The position numbers and the translations under genes were made by a program. From positions 14,384,001 to 14,448,000 of the forward strand of contig CM060731.1 of assembly GCA_030704615.1 (NCBI GenBank): 64,000 bases of DNA. The letters run 5' to 3'. The DNA is from Takakia lepidozioides. Its lineage: Eukaryota; Plantae; Bryophyta. Positions within the stretch are counted from its first letter, which is position 1, and every line of letters begins with the position of its first letter. Below the pieces are notes generated by a model that searched no databases, was not told where the DNA came from, and saw nothing but the letters and a program-made list of their open reading frames with translations. Shown piece by piece: positions 12,634 through 26,576 of this stretch.

Positions 12634-15045
12634 TCATTCTACCTCAAAGAGGTTTGCCTCTGCAATCAAGTCCTCAGTCTCATCTAAGAGAACTTCTTCC
12701 CTATCCAAAAACTCTTTCATGAAAGTACTAAAGCAACCAACTCTAGCATCATTTGGCCAATTATTGACTACACTCACAAGCATATCAAGGTTTTCAATAT
12801 TTAACCTGCACCGTCTCAAGCTTGTTATGACACCTGCAATACTAAAAACCCTCTCAGTTTCAATCTGAGATCCAACTATGCCCAAGATTAGCCGTGCCAA
12901 AAATCTCACATATGGAAAGAAAGACTCGTGCTATTTCCACCATTTCAAAGGAGCCACGCACTCACCCTCAATTATCTTCGTCCTTTTGAAATGTGATAGT
13001 TGTTGTCTCACTACTGTCAATGTCATGTCTTCATTGTGGTCATGCACACCAAATAAAGACATCTTGTTCATCGTGGAAGTGGGCTGTGATTGGGCCGGAA
13101 TATCCGGATGTAAGACCTTGAAACACTTTACCAAAAGAGGCTCTAACACCATGTTATCATATTGGGACACAATATGCAAAGCACGCTCTTTGCCCACATA
13201 TTGTGATACCAATGACAACCTCTTGTAACGTGGGTCAAGCATAAGCGCGAGCATATTGTGAGCTTTGCGCGATTGAAACCCTTCCAAAAAAGAAAGAAAT
13301 GGTTCCAAGACATATACCACATCTCGAGCCATCCGTCATTCCAACAATGTCAACTCTGTTGAGAAATCCCCCATGCAATGATCCACAGTTGCAGCCCTGG
13401 GAGCACTACTTCCTCGCATGCGAATTGTTGTGGCAACGGCTGCATTAAGAGCATCGGACAACAGCCAAAATCCCCCAGATTGATTCATAATGCACTCATG
13501 AACCACAAGCCCTAGAACTGTAGAAATTGATTGGGCAATGGCCCACACTTGTGGACTTGGTATGCGAGACTGCAGTGCCAATGAGGTTTGCCTAGAGTAA
13601 CAAGTGATTAGGCTTGCCTAAACTCCAAAGTCTCTTGGAAGAGGATCACCTTGGAAGCAAACCGTGTCTTCACCGGAGTCTTCAATTTGCGGGGATGAAT
13701 GTTGCTGTCCACACATGCCTTTGCCCATTCTTGTCTCCCTTTGCCACTTTTTTTTGTCCAAGTAATGGTTTTTTGCAACTCTGATTGGGCATTTTTATAG
13801 AATATCTGCGCATACTTTTGCATCATTTGTTGCATACTGGCAACACTTGGACATCACATGCCCAAAAGAACTACCTACAAATGGAGAATCCAACCCCAAA
13901 CACGCACATGAGACCACCGAATTCAAAACATTGGTCAAAGTGGCCAAGTTACCTCCCTCGTTTTTGACGTAAGCAATAATGCGAGTATTGAGGCCATACT
14001 TCACAAGAAGATTGTTGACTTGATGTGCCATGGCAGCCCCAGATGTGTCAGGTGTCTCAAACATGTCAAGAGTCACATGACATTACTCCCACTGTTCATT
14101 AATAAAGTGCGCTATGATAACAAAAGTGTCAGTTCCCCCTCTTGACATCCACAAATCAAAACTCACAGAGCAAGTAGCACAACTATGAAGAAATGAGAAC
14201 ATGTAACGCTCTTTCGTATTCTCTGCCAAGATTGGAATGGCCTCATTCACAAGTGTCCGTCGAGAAGGGAAAACAATCCGAGGATTTTGCCTCAACACCA
14301 TCCTTCTTAGCCATTCTACCAAAGACAGTGGAACCAACTCCTTTGCAATGAACAAGACTAAATCCTCATTGAACTGCTTCTGTTGATCATCATTTTGGTT
14401 GTGTGGAGTGGAGCTCCCAAAAAAAGAAGCTATGTTTGTGGGGCTGGGCCTCTTTTTTGCTGGCGTACGGGCCTTCTCAGGTCCTTCATTTTCCCTCTCA
14501 ATCCACCTACGCAAAACAATGTCATGTTCTTGATCCACATGCTTTCGAAGGGCAGAGATACCATTGGTTTTGTTATAGGTCACAATGTCCTTCTTGCTTG
14601 CAGGAGTGACACCAACAGGATGACATAGAACACACCTCATCTGTTGTGGATTTGTTATGTCCACTGGAGCAGAATCTTTTGTTGCATAGAATGCCCATGT
14701 CGAAGCAGTGCGATTGTGGGGCTTCCAAAAATCCCATTGTTTTTCAAGTACTGGGAGCTGCGCCTCCACATCCAACACTATGTGTGATGGCGAAACTGTG
14801 GAAGATGACATTGCAGCCGAGGCTTGAGGAGCTGATGTAAATGAGGTTGCATGATGAGCATCCTCCGCAACATGGCACTCCATCAAAGCTTTCTCATTAT
14901 CAACATTGATGTCAGGAACAACTTCACTTTCTAGTTCATCGAAAATATTGGGCTCAATGACATAAAAAGCTTGTGGAACAATTCCTGTGTAAAAACAATG
15001 CAAACAAAGAATCCAAAAGACATTTAATAATTGTGCACAACTCAT
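12634..15045 (-). pseudogene. hAT transposase broken by stops and frameshifts
   Basis: BED-like zinc finger (MRCVLCH...LRKHVDQEH), first catalytic region SFDLWMS, KTPVKTRF, LMLDPRYK, PLKWWK and dimerisation motif SQIETERVFSIAG, spread over at least six ORF pieces. Confidence 0.92.
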
Positions 15046-15229
15046 ATATTTACAAAAGTTTGGAATGGTATATGGCTGGCCAAAACGAAAGTGTGGGGAG
15101 AGACACCGTACTGCTCAATTTATTATTTCATATTGAGCTGAATGTTACATACATGGCCTACATTTAGATCTGCGTTATTTTCTTTATATAGTACATGTAC
15201 ATTTACATTTTCAAATTACAAAAACTACC

Positions 15230-17080
15230 TAACAAGTTGGGGGTGGACCAGTCTTATGCTTCAGTGGTCAGCTTGGCTACTTCATGCCTTGGGAAATGAT
15301 CTGCAATGCCCCCACCACATATAAATAAATCAGTCCTTGTTGTACCACAACATGAAGAGTTATAACTAAAAATTATGAAGCTTTAAAGTGGGGTGATTGT
15401 CCACAAGAGGTAGGGGCTGGCTGTCAAGCCTTCTTGATATTTGTGCTCCCCTTTCCGAGTTCAAACTTTCACTATGAGAGGAGGAGCAAATCATCCCTCT
15501 GTTGTACCACACATTGGAAAAAATAAAATAAAAAACTAAGCTATTAAAGGGTGGGGGCTTACCATAGGATGAGGGGGCTGGTTAGCGGGCTCTAAACTCG
15601 CACTCCTCCTTCTTGTGTGTGATCTACATAGCAACAGAGTAGGGAGCTGATCAGCCCCTTGCTATGCCAATTTTCTGGGGAAAAAAAAATATGCAACATT
15701 GAATTAGGGGCATGCTTACATGTGTGGTGGAATGAGGGATGGTTGGCAGGCCTCCCTACTTGCCCTCTTTCCCTCCCATGCATGATCTACAATAGCAAAA
15801 GAGCAAGGGGCTAATCAGCTCCTCTTATATCACAAACTTAAAATAATTAAGAAAATAAAGAACAATGAAGGGGAAGTACACGCGGGTAATGGGGGTTGGT
15901 TGGCGGGTCAAGAGGCCTCCTATTTCTGCTCCCTTCCCGAGTGCAACATATCACTATGAGGAAGGGCGAATCAGCCTTTTGTTGTACCACACATTGGAAA
16001 GAATAACATTAAAAAACTAAGCTAAAGGGTGGGGGCTTACTACAAGATGAGAGGGGCTGGTTGACGTGCTTTTTTACTTGCACTGGACCTCCTTCTTGTG
16101 TGTGATCTGCATTAGCAGCGGCTAATCAGCCCTTGCTATACCAATTTTATGGAAAAAATAAATGAAGGGGGATGCTTACATGTGCGGTGCAAGAGGGGCT
16201 GGTTGGCAAGCCTTCCTACTTGCCCTCCTTTCCCTCCCATGCACGATCAGCCATAGCACAAGAGCAATGGGCTAACCAGCCCCTCTTTTAACAAAAATTT
16301 AAACAACTAAAAATAAAGCTCAATGAAAGGGAGTTACAAGCGGGTAATGGGGCTGGTTGGCAGGTCCCTCCCTGCTTTGGGCTCCCTCCCTCTCATGCAG
16401 AATCTGCCATAACAGAAGCCAAATGGGCTATCTTATCAACCCCCAATTGTATCAAGAATTAATTTTTTTTAAAGAAAATAAAGATACTTACCAGTGGGTA
16501 ATGTGGGCTGGTTGGCGGGGCCCTCCTTGCTTGTGCTCCCTCCAATGTAAAATCTACCATAGTGGAGCAAGGGGCTATCAGCCCCTTGGTATATCATCAA
16601 AGAAAACAGAAAAATAAAAAAATAAAAAAAATAAAAAAAATGATGATCAATGATTACCATGGACCAAGGGGGCTGGTTGCAGGTGGGGCCCTCCTTACTC
16701 GTCCTCCCTACCTCCTGCACCACATGCCATAGCAGAAAAGGAGGAGGCTGATTAGCTTCATGGTGAACTAAAGCTAAAAACAGTAAAATAACCAAAAGTG
16801 GTGGATGCTTACCAACAAGGGGCTGGTTGATGACGGGGCTGGTTGCGCGGGCCCTCCTGCTCGCACTTCCTCCCTCCAATGCGCCACTTACCACAATACA
16901 AGAGCATGGGGCCCATTAGCTCCCTGCTGAACCAAAAAAAAAAAAAAAACAAGAACATGGTGGATGCTCACCAACAACAAGCGACGGCTGGTTGGCAGGG
17001 CCCTCCTGCTCACACTCCCTCCCTTTGTGTCCACCACCTGCCACAACAGCAGAAGATAGATCAGCCCCCTCTTGTGCGAT
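15230..17080. repeat. Degenerate tandem array inside the hAT, upstream of the transposase
   Basis: More than a dozen roughly 120-bp units, each with GGGGCTGGTTGGC, then (T)CAGCCCCT, then an A-rich spacer. Confidence 0.8.
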
Positions 17081-18029
17081 AAACAGAGAAGAAAAGAAAC
17101 AAACAACACATTAAATCAATCAACCTAAGAGGAAAAGAGAAAGGAGATGGAGATGAAATGAGAGCGAGAGAGAAATCAAACAAATAAAGTAGGAGATGGA
17201 GACACGGAACACGAACCTTACCTGGACTGGAGTAGCGAGCAAGATGTATGCGAGAGAGAGCGAGCTGGATGAGTTGTAGAGACACTTAGGCCTACAGCCC
17301 ACGGGTGGAACCGGAACCGGAACCGCTTTAGAGTCCCCAAACCCCGGTTCCCACACATGTGGCCGTAGCTGGAACCGCCGGTTCCGGTTCCCACACAATC
17401 CCCAATTTCCGGTTCCGGTTCTGCACAGGCGGGTCCGGTTCCAGTCCGGTTCCACATAACCGGAACCGGAACCGGCGGTTACCCGAGCCCAGGCGGGTAA
17501 GCGCCCAACACTGGTGGACACCTTCATGACACACCAGACTGTGGTTTGAACCCTCAACCACAAAGGCATAGGTAGCCCCTAAGCAGTCTACATAACATCA
17601 ACATTCAGCTAAAGGCCAGCTTTGTCAGGACGATGCCTTCCTTACTCCCCTAGTTACTAGTACCCCTCAGCCCAAGTTGTTGGGTTGTAAAAGGCTTTGT
17701 AATCCCATAAGGGTTTGAAATCTTGACCCCATCCTCTGTGATGTTTGCAACCCACACACCAGCCACAAGCATCCATGGTATTAAGCACCACAAAGAGCAA
17801 GCAATCCCATGATGGACACATCAATCCACCAAGGGCTAGTGAACAGCTACATGGGAGTGAAATGTCCAACCAGGCTGGTGACAACCGTTGACTTGAATGA
17901 AGACTTGCAACCCATGTGGCTCAGATTGCATTGCTCAAGAGCGTAGGGCTAACACAAGAAACTTAAAAGAAAGAAGAGAGTACTTCTCTCTCTTTACTAC
18001 GGTCAGCTGCAAAATGGCAGAGCAGTGGA

Positions 18030-18957
18030 CATTTCAGGACTTCAGAGTGAATTCATCAAGCATGCTGCACCTACTTTAGCCCTTTTATAGCTAACCTCTT
18101 CAATGAGGTGATGCAACGGGGCTTTCCAACAGAGTGGACAAAGAGCATCATCCACCCACTTTTCAAGAGCGGTGACAGGCTCGCACCGACAAACTATCGT
18201 ACTATCATGGTGTCCTCATTACTTGCTAAATTGTTTGGGGCAGTAGTGGCCATGGAACTGGATGATTGGGCTGAGTCCTCTCGCATTCGTGCTGAGGGAC
18301 AGCTGCAACAGATCCACTATTGACCACATCTTCACTCTTCAGGTTATGGTGGAAAGTGCACGCTATGACAAAAGAATGGTCTATGTTTGCTTCGTGGACT
18401 TTCACAAAGCCTTTGATTCAATTCCTCGGGACCTTCTCTTCCAACGGCTCCATAGAGTGGAAGTCCCTCCAGACATCCTTTGTGCCATCTCTTCTATGTA
18501 TGAGATTGTCACTCGCATGGTCAACGTCGCTGGTGAATTCTCAGCCGAGATCCACAGCAACATTGGAGTCAAACAGGGCTGCCCCCTTTCACCTGCCCTG
18601 TTCAGGCTTACAATCTTTCTCCATAGATTGCAGGCCCTTCCACCCAAAGGGCTAGTGGCATGGGCCCTCACAACATCTATGAGGCTCAAAGCTGCAGGTT
18701 TCAGGAACTCCTGGTATGCTCGAGTGGACAGTTTATTTCAACGTAACGGACTTTCTACTGCTTTCCTATTACCAATGAACCCAGATGAGGTGGACATCAC
18801 ATCCAGACATGACCGCAACAGACTCATTAGGAGAGAGCTTATGGAATTATATGTCAAGAGAACTTGGAAGCTACCCAATCTCATGACAAAGCTCCACTTC
18901 TATCGAGAGACATTCTTGGTGCTCCGCGATGATAGAATCTTGAGACCAAAGGATTGA
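18030..18957 (+). mobile_element. LINE reverse transcriptase fragment (RTE-like), frameshifted and internally deleted
   Basis: Motifs WTKSIIHPLFKSGD..NYRTIMV, RSTIDHIFTL, FVDFHKAFDSIPR and GVKQGCPLSPALF. The YADD region is missing after this. Confidence 0.9.
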
Positions 18958-19389
18958 GACTCTATCATAGCTGGAGGAATGAGTCAGCCATGATGCCATC
19001 CGAATTCCTCTACATCATTCATGACAAGATGGATCATTGGAAGTCTAGTTGGATAAGTTGTTTGTTGTTGATTAGTCTTAGTTGTTCATTCACTCGTCAT
19101 AGTCCGGTCCTTTTCATTTGTGGACTCTCCATAGTCCTAGTGAAAGCTAGCACTACTATGTGCAGGTGTCTTTTCGACTATGTTAGGGAACAACAACTTC
19201 AACTATTGTGGAATCTCAGCAAAGATGGACTAATCGACTAGTTATGATAAGAAGTGAATTATGTATGACCTTTTCGACTATGAAATAGTGAAATGGACAG
19301 TCGTAAATCCTCGTTATGGGTAGTGAATGGAAGGCAGATGAAGGGAAGACCTACTTGGATACAAACGTGTGCTTATCCCGCACCTAACC

Positions 19390-22300
19390 ATGTTCCGCTC
19401 TCTCCCTCGCTCTGGAATTCCCAGCTTTCAAGTGTGTAGAATCCAGGAACCCATTTCTTCCTTCTCAGTTTCAGCTTCCAGAAATGCATGTGGGTGCTTA
19501 CGAAGACGTGCATCGGAGGTCTTGCTTGCTGCAAAGTCATACAAATTAATAGGAAACCGAGTTGGCTGCAGAGCAGGATGTACAATCTCTTCTCCTGGCT
19601 TTGAGAAACTGCTAGATGTTCAGATCATTCGAGTTGTGGGTGCAGATGCTCGCCCTCTGGATGTCCCTCTCTTAGCGCCTTTCACAATTGCTTCCTCAAG
19701 GCTGAAATTCGTTACAAATGTTGGCATCCGAATAGAGCTACAGGATGGGAGCGTGGGATGGGGTGAGATTCCCATCCTTCCAGCTGTGACTTCTGAAGAT
19801 CAGCCAACGGCCATCGCCAAGGCCTTGCAAGCTTGTGCAATGTTGAAAGATATGTCAGCCTTGAGCTGCCGGAATGTGTTGGAAGACATTTCCAGCCTTC
19901 TTCCAGGCCACGAATTCGCCTCGGTTAGCTCTACCCTCCCATCTATCTTTTATTGAAGTTTTATGGTGACCAGAACCCTTTAATTGGCTTTAAGATTATG
20001 TTCGTGGTCGGGGACAATCGCTCTCTCTCTCTCTCTCTCTCTCCAAACATCCGCTTATAGATCTCTGGGTACGGGTCTCTTGCCACGAGTCGATGGAAAG
20101 GATAGTAGTTCACGTTATATGTCTATAGCTGTTTCGTCGGAGCCTGATAAGTCTGATCCGGGGCGGGATTGGGAAGGTACGCGCGGGCATGGAGATGGCA
20201 GTGGTGGACGCGGTTGCACACAACCTGGGACTACCCCTGTGGCAACTCTTTGGACAACACAGCAACTCTGTCACCACAGATATAACGGTATACCTCATGC
20301 AACTAATTTTATTCGAGTTCACAAGGATCATTGCAAGCGAAATATCTCACTTTCACCCTCTTTCAATTCAAATATTTTCTGCATCTAATGTCCATGCTTA
20401 CTTACCCGGGCTCTAAGTGAGGATTTTGCACATAGATCCCCATTTGTTCTCCAGAAGAAGCTGGGCTGCTGGCGGCAGAGTACAAGCACCGAGGGTTTTC
20501 AACAATAAAGACTAAAGTTGGGGGAAGAAACTTGGAAGAGGACTTTAAAATGCTTAGAGCCATATGCAGGAACCATCCCAAGTGTTCTTTAATATTGGAT
20601 GGCAATGGAGGTTACCAGGCTGACGAAGCTTTGGAGGTTCTGAGACAGCTGCATGGTAAATATTGCTCTATCCACCATACATTCTCGTTCCCCCCTCGCT
20701 CTATACCCCTTGTTTGCCTTCCAAACTAGCACGGAGTTATGGCCATAAGGCTGTGGTGAGGCACCACTATGTATGTACTATTCATTGTGAGTGGCTGACG
20801 GAAGCCTCCATGCAGCATGGAGACATTCAACTTGACATTACACCCGTTTTGTGAGGAGGGTGAAAACCAATGGAGTTAAAACGAGGCAGATGGAGATAGG
20901 CAGAGGAATGACAAACCATGTTGTTTCTCACTTTCAAACCGAATCTGCTTGACTGTTTGTACGAATGCAGTCTCAGGACTCACTCCAGAACTTTTTGAGC
21001 AACCTGTGGCACGCGATGATTGGAAAGGACTCGGCCAGGTGACCAGAAAGGCGCGGGACCTTTATGGAGTGCCGGTTGCTGCGGATGAGAGCTGCCAAAA
21101 CCTTGAGGATGCAACCAGAATTGTGATGGAGGGGTTGGCAGAAGTGGTGAACATAAAGCTGGCAAAATTGGGAGTTATTGCTGCACTGGAGGTCCATTCC
21201 CAACAGAAAGAACCTTGATAATTGTCTTAAATGCAAATGCATTCAATTCCCTTGTTCATGTTCAGTCTAGCAGAGCCAATCTCTAGGTTGAGGGACTCAA
21301 AGAGAGCTATGGAGACCTGTTCTACTCTGAGACCGTCTCCCACCAGGAGTGGTTTTTATGTAGCAAGGGTACGTCATTAGCTCATGGAAAACCTGGATAC
21401 AGGTGATGGATATGGGTAAGGCCTTCTGTTGAGAACTGTACTGCTTGTGTAAGGACTTAATGATTATCCACTCTTCCTGCAAGTTCTTGACCCTATATTA
21501 TCTCTTCACAACAATGATGTTTGGTTGCTATCTCGTTGTTGACTATTGTTCTGCAAGTAGGTTGTTGCTATGGTTCAACAAGCAGGCCTTGGGCTTATGG
21601 TTGGGGGCATGGTGGAGACTCGTCTTGCAATGGGCTTTGCTGCTCACATGGCTGCTGGTCTTGGCTGCTTCAGGTACCCATGGCACTCTCATCTTGTCTT
21701 ATCCAGTGCTGAGCTAGGGTGAATGTACTTAACAAACATAAAGAGTCTGACAGTACATAGATACTGTGGGTTTGGTCACATTTTTAGAATGGAACTCTTA
21801 TGGGTCTTTCATAGTTTAGCTCCCAAGTGCAAAGGGGGGTTCGAACAAGTGTGGCAGTGGTTCATAGCAGTGTGATGTAACCAATATTATAGCAGTTCCT
21901 TGAGCAATTGAAGCAGTACTTGATTATGGAATAGAAGGTTGTACGATAGTTTAGTAAACCTATTCACAGCTCGTACACACATGTACTCCTTCACCTTTCC
22001 CTGCAGGCTTTGACCATGACAAAGCCCTGATGGCATAGTTGCTGTGATCCTCTCCGAGCTGAGCATCGAGTATTGATCAACCCCTTAGGGTACGAGAATC
22101 AGCCAGCGGCCTTTCAATGACAAATTGACTGTTGAGTTATGGACACGTCCAGAAGACGTTATCCTGATAGAACTGCAACTGTAGCCTGACCATGGATGTG
22201 ACATATGTGACTCTCACACAGTAGTGTTAAAGGGCAGGTAGAGCCAAAATGGAGAAGGAATGGAGCTTTATAATGGCCAGACATGCAGAAGTCGAAGGGG

Positions 22301-22823
22301 ATGGCTCACACAAGTAGTTCAGGGATAGTAACAGGTTTTGTTGTGAAGGACAGATTCGTTGACTTGGATACACCCCTTCTGCTGGACGGGGACCCAGTTC
22401 AGGGTGGATACCAAGGTAACTTTTCACTGCCTTGTTATTATCATAATGTTTCAAAAGGCTCAGAAATTTCTTACTCCATCGCCAGCTGTCCAGCTGATCG
22501 TAATATCCATACTCTCCTGTTAAGAGGGAAATGTGAGTGAGTGAGTCATTTCTGTAACAAGTGACCTTGTAAGGGCATTTAGGCAGCGATGAGCAGTGGA
22601 GTGATGAGCAGCTTTTTTATCATTTGGAGGGAGAGAACTCAACAGTACAGAAGATTGGCAGGAAAGACGGGTTTCTGGTAAAGAGAAGCAAACCCATCCT
22701 GTATGCAATGCCTTTAACTGGTACTGTTTTGTGTGAATTGCAGTGGAAGGTCCACTTTACACCTTAGGCGAGGATTCTGGTCATGGAGGCTCATTGGTAT
22801 GGCCGACTCTTCCAGAGGCCTAA
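19390..22823 (+). CDS. L-Ala-D/L-Glu (dipeptide) epimerase, enolase superfamily MLE subgroup, with putative organellar transit peptide
   Basis: Phase-consistent exons 19390-19923, 20177-20287, 20436-20655, 20977-21191, 21561-21673, 22354-22415, 22744-22823(TAA). Catalytic KTK, metal ligands ILDGN / FEQP / AADES, second Lys in NIKLAK, GGMVET and the DLD motif are all present. Confidence 0.93.
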
Positions 22824-23488
22824 AAATGTCCTCTGTTCTAGATCTAAGGTTTTAGAACAGAATGAAGAGTATCTCATATACCACACAAGTTAAGCCAGTA
22901 TACTGCAGACAACAGCCTGACCAAGACTTTTGTGCAGGAAGCATTGTATGAACCATGAACTGTGACTTCATTAGCAGCATGGATAAGTATAGAAATGTAT
23001 GGATGGTATGCACGCAGATGACACTCATTAGCAAATTTTGGATTTCAAGGATTACGTCAAATTCTTGCACAGCGTTTGAATGCATCACTCTTCACTCTTG
23101 AAAAGAAAGATGCGAGACAGTTTCACTGTATTCCTGGGTGTACAAACTGTCTGCTCAGTCTCTTGGGAGACATGTTGGGAATTAATAGCTTTGGGAATCT
23201 ATTGGGAATGATCGCCAAAGATCCACGGATGAAATTCAAATATTTTTGAGGATTGGGAACCTGATTACACAAGGCATTCAGCCAAAACCACTGTTGATTT
23301 GGTACCCAGGTACACCACATCAGTCCAGACATTCAAAAGGAGGAACCCTTACTCCCGCAATCTCACTGATTATTATTATATTTTCATCTGATTCTCACTG
23401 TACATGAGGCATGTCAGGAGCTACAAAGACTTGGATCACGCAAGAAAGTAACTTGAGACTGCAATCTCCAACAACTCAGCAGGCATCA

Positions 23489-25973
23489 CTAAAATTTCTC
23501 CTGGCTGGGGCGCAGATCAAGCTCATGAGTCCATGCACTCTTGTCTTGCATATGAAGCTGCCAGTACACCTCAGCTATGGCATCAGGATTCATCGTAGAA
23601 TCCTCCTTTGAATCCTTTGGCCTGCCACTCCCACCCACAGAATATGTTAGCAGCCATGTTACTCTCACGAATGGCCAAAACTTGGTGATTATGTCGCTGA
23701 ATGCTATAGGTTGTGAGTAATGTCGGAATCAAAGTGCAATGTCCTGCGTGGCTCACTACATTGACCCCATGACCCCAGGTGAAAAGAGTCGAAAAGTTTT
23801 TAGACCCACACCAGCTTAGCAGCTTTAGTATGTTCTAAAATGCAGAGATGCCCAGTAGGCGGGCAATGTAAGGAAGACTGTTGGCCTGTTTGACGAGGAT
23901 GCATCGCCACATGCATGCATCTATCATCTTTGTGGTTGCACAGCTGCCAAGGTGGTTCTAACCTGGAGTTGCCGATCATGCCGTCAATAATCACATGAGC
24001 AACATGGATGCCTTGTGGATGATACTCCCGTGCTAGACATTGTGCAAGAGCTCTCAGTGCAAATTTTCCACAGGCTGCACCAACATCTCCCGGAGATAAG
24101 CTTAAAGCCACGAGCAATCACCGGTAACCATATAAGGTGCATGTTGCAAAGTACAACTCCGTGGGCAATTCTGTTGTTAATGCTCTAACTTTCAGCATGA
24201 GTGACACTTCACCACCAAAAACAACCATCTTTACCTATGAGAACAACCTTGCTAGATTCTGTTTATGCAACAGTGAGGAGATCAAGGGATATGAAGGAAT
24301 CAAACCAAGTTCTGCAAAGCCTGCACCCCCTCTAATGGAAGCAGTAGCTCCTGTAAACAACAGAGTACCCTTTTGCCTCTCAACCATGCCCGTTAATACC
24401 TGCCCAACCCATCCACTGGTGTCACTTAGCAAGCTGACAGTTATAGATGAACTTTTGAAGCAGTTCACTCTTGTGATTGACTGTTCCTTCATTCTGTTGA
24501 TTGGTGCTGATGGATACTGTCAGTTTGAATTGAGCAGAAGAAAGTGACAGGGAGGACGACGAAATCCTTGACCATCCATCCACCCTCCTGAAGTAAGTTG
24601 AAGGGAGAATTTAGCCAACCATCAACCTCAACCCAAGATTGTCATGCCCCACTCACACAACAGTCTAGTGACTTTTCAAAAAATATCGATACTGTTGATG
24701 ACAATACTGCTACTGTAGCTTTACCTAGTGTGGAGTGCTGAACTTCTTGGTGGTCTTTTATGAACCATTTGCAAGGGAAGAAAGTAGACAAACCTGCTGA
24801 ACACAGTGGAAGGCACCCATACTGGGTGCCATCAATGACTGCTCAAATGACTCCGAGCTGATGTCTGTAAACTTTCGAGGAGGCCATGGAAACGTGGTTT
24901 TCAAATTGTACACCTGTAACCTCAAGCATATGCCATGAGACGAGAGCATTCAAGAATGCACTTCTGACCACTTCAAACATCCAAAAAGTGGGCATACGAC
25001 CCACTGGATCACATCTGGGAAATAGTGAGTAGAGATTAAGGAAGGGGAGGACTGGAGTTGTTTCCAGTCACATCATTTCTAACATGCAAGGCCTATATAC
25101 GCAAGTAACCAATGGCAGTACTCCATGGACGTTGTGCCCCAATCTCGCTCCTCCTTTTAAATGTGTGAGAAGAACAGGTCAAGAGGCACACACCAGGACT
25201 TCGACGGTGCCGAGCGAGTTCACAGCCTCAAAGGCCTCCTTCACCGAATTGGCATCAGCACACTCTATGGGAATGGCGCAAACCTGCGCAGTGCTCTCCT
25301 TGTCCACTATTTCCTCAGCAAGCTTCCTCAGCTTCTCTGCAGAGAGAAGCTTTTCTGTCAGAAGTAGCGCCCGGTAGTAGACTCGCCATCGTATCACAAT
25401 CTATTCACTGACACCAATTACAAACCTTGACAGGGATTGTGTTTCTTCAACTCAGACTGCTGTCGGCTCATTGGACTCAAAGCCTCGACAGTAATTTTCT
25501 TCGCTCTTAACAAAGGATTTTGGGACTTTGACCCTTGGGTATGGATAAGTGCGAGCCTCGTGATATGTCTCCCATAGAAACGACAAACCCTTCCGTTGAA
25601 TTTCCTTTGATGCATGCTAACATCAAGTGTAACCAGCTAAACTTAAGGCAGGGGGAATAACAGAAAGGCATAGATCGCTGGAGAATGTAGGGGAAGAGGT
25701 CCAAAGACTTCCTACGGTTTTGGTGTATGAACAATCGAATCATGAGGCCCAGATAGACACCCAGAGCTACATTCCAAACAACCAACAAATGCCCTGTGAA
25801 AGAGCAGAGATGTGCACAAAAGTTTTCCAAAGAAAAACTCAATTTGGAAGAAACGGTCACCGACCAGAATTACGAGAGAGGATGGCGACGATGCAGTGTT
25901 CTCTAGCAAAGCGCCTAGCAATCGCTGTGCCCAGCCCCGGCCCGACGCCCACGACAGCCACCACGCCCACCAT
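23489..25973 (-). CDS. Short-chain dehydrogenase/reductase (SDR)
   Basis: Phase-consistent exons 25973-25865, 25336-25194, 24913-24794, 24399-24306, 24074-23963, 23621-23489(TAG). Rossmann motif VVGVGPGLGTAIARRF, then LFTGATASIRG, KFALRALAQCLAREYHPQGIHVAHVIIDG and WTHELDLRP. Confidence 0.93.
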
Positions 25974-26455
25974 TGCTGAAGCCAACTCTCACTGCTCTCA
26001 CCTGGCTATCTAAATAACATGGAGTGTGGCCCCACGGAAGAATCTTGCGCTGGATCATCCCTTAACTACTGCAGTTCACCAAAACATGAACTGGAAGCTG
26101 TCCATGCGGCTTCGTGGAGGCAAGCTGCCGCCACACGTCGACAGTTCACCATTCCTCGGATCCTTTCTTCTTAAATCTTTCGTTGATCCGCGGGTATGAT
26201 TTACTGATGACTACCGACTGATGACTACGTACTTGTGTACTAGAGGGCTCTGTGATGATGCAGGATTCCAATCTCTTTGACGAAATGAACATTGTCATCC
26301 TTGTCAGATTACTCGTGTGCGCATAGAAACCCACATGGCACAATGCAAACACTCTTCAAAGAGCAGAGAACTCTGCTCTTTGTCCAACTCGTGTGATTGT
26401 ACGATTGCAATTAGTAACCTGTATGATTATGTTCGAAGAAGGTTAGGGGTTACGT

Positions 26456-26576
26456 ATTAGGGAAGGGCCGTTCCCAAGGCCCTTCCTGAATTTGAGAGCA
26501 CGGGCAACGAGGGCGGAGCCCGAGTTCCGGGTGCTCGAAAATTCAGGAAGGGCCGTGGGAACGACCCTTCCCCAAT
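26456..26576. repeat. Fold-back inverted repeat (about 48-bp arms), MITE-like
   Basis: Left arm gggaagggccgttcccaaggcccttcctgaatttgagagcac versus reverse complement of right arm gggaagggtcgttcccacggcccttcctgaattttcgagcac. Confidence 0.8.

Larger units (their letters stand above)
11892..17513 (-). mobile_element. Full-length hAT DNA transposon (5.6 kb) with decayed transposase
   Basis: Perfect 12-bp TIR CAGTGTTGGGCG (11892) / CGCCCAACACTG (ends 17513). 8-bp TSD GTGGACAC at 11884-11891 and 17514-17521. Dense subterminal CCGGTT/GGAACC repeats at both ends. Confidence 0.96.

Noticed and set aside
15230-17080. Repeat-spacer appearance resembling a CRISPR array
   Set aside because: Units are degenerate along their whole length, lie inside a eukaryotic hAT, and no cas genes are present.
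17120-17569. Overlapping ORFs rich in GTG/EPEP/NRNR (also 11771-12076)
   Set aside because: They are translations of hAT subterminal CCGGTT/GGAACC repeats, not genes.
19390-25973. Epimerase plus SDR as a horizontally acquired bacterial operon or metabolic cluster
   Set aside because: They are convergent, intron-rich and belong to families widespread in plants; nothing links them functionally.
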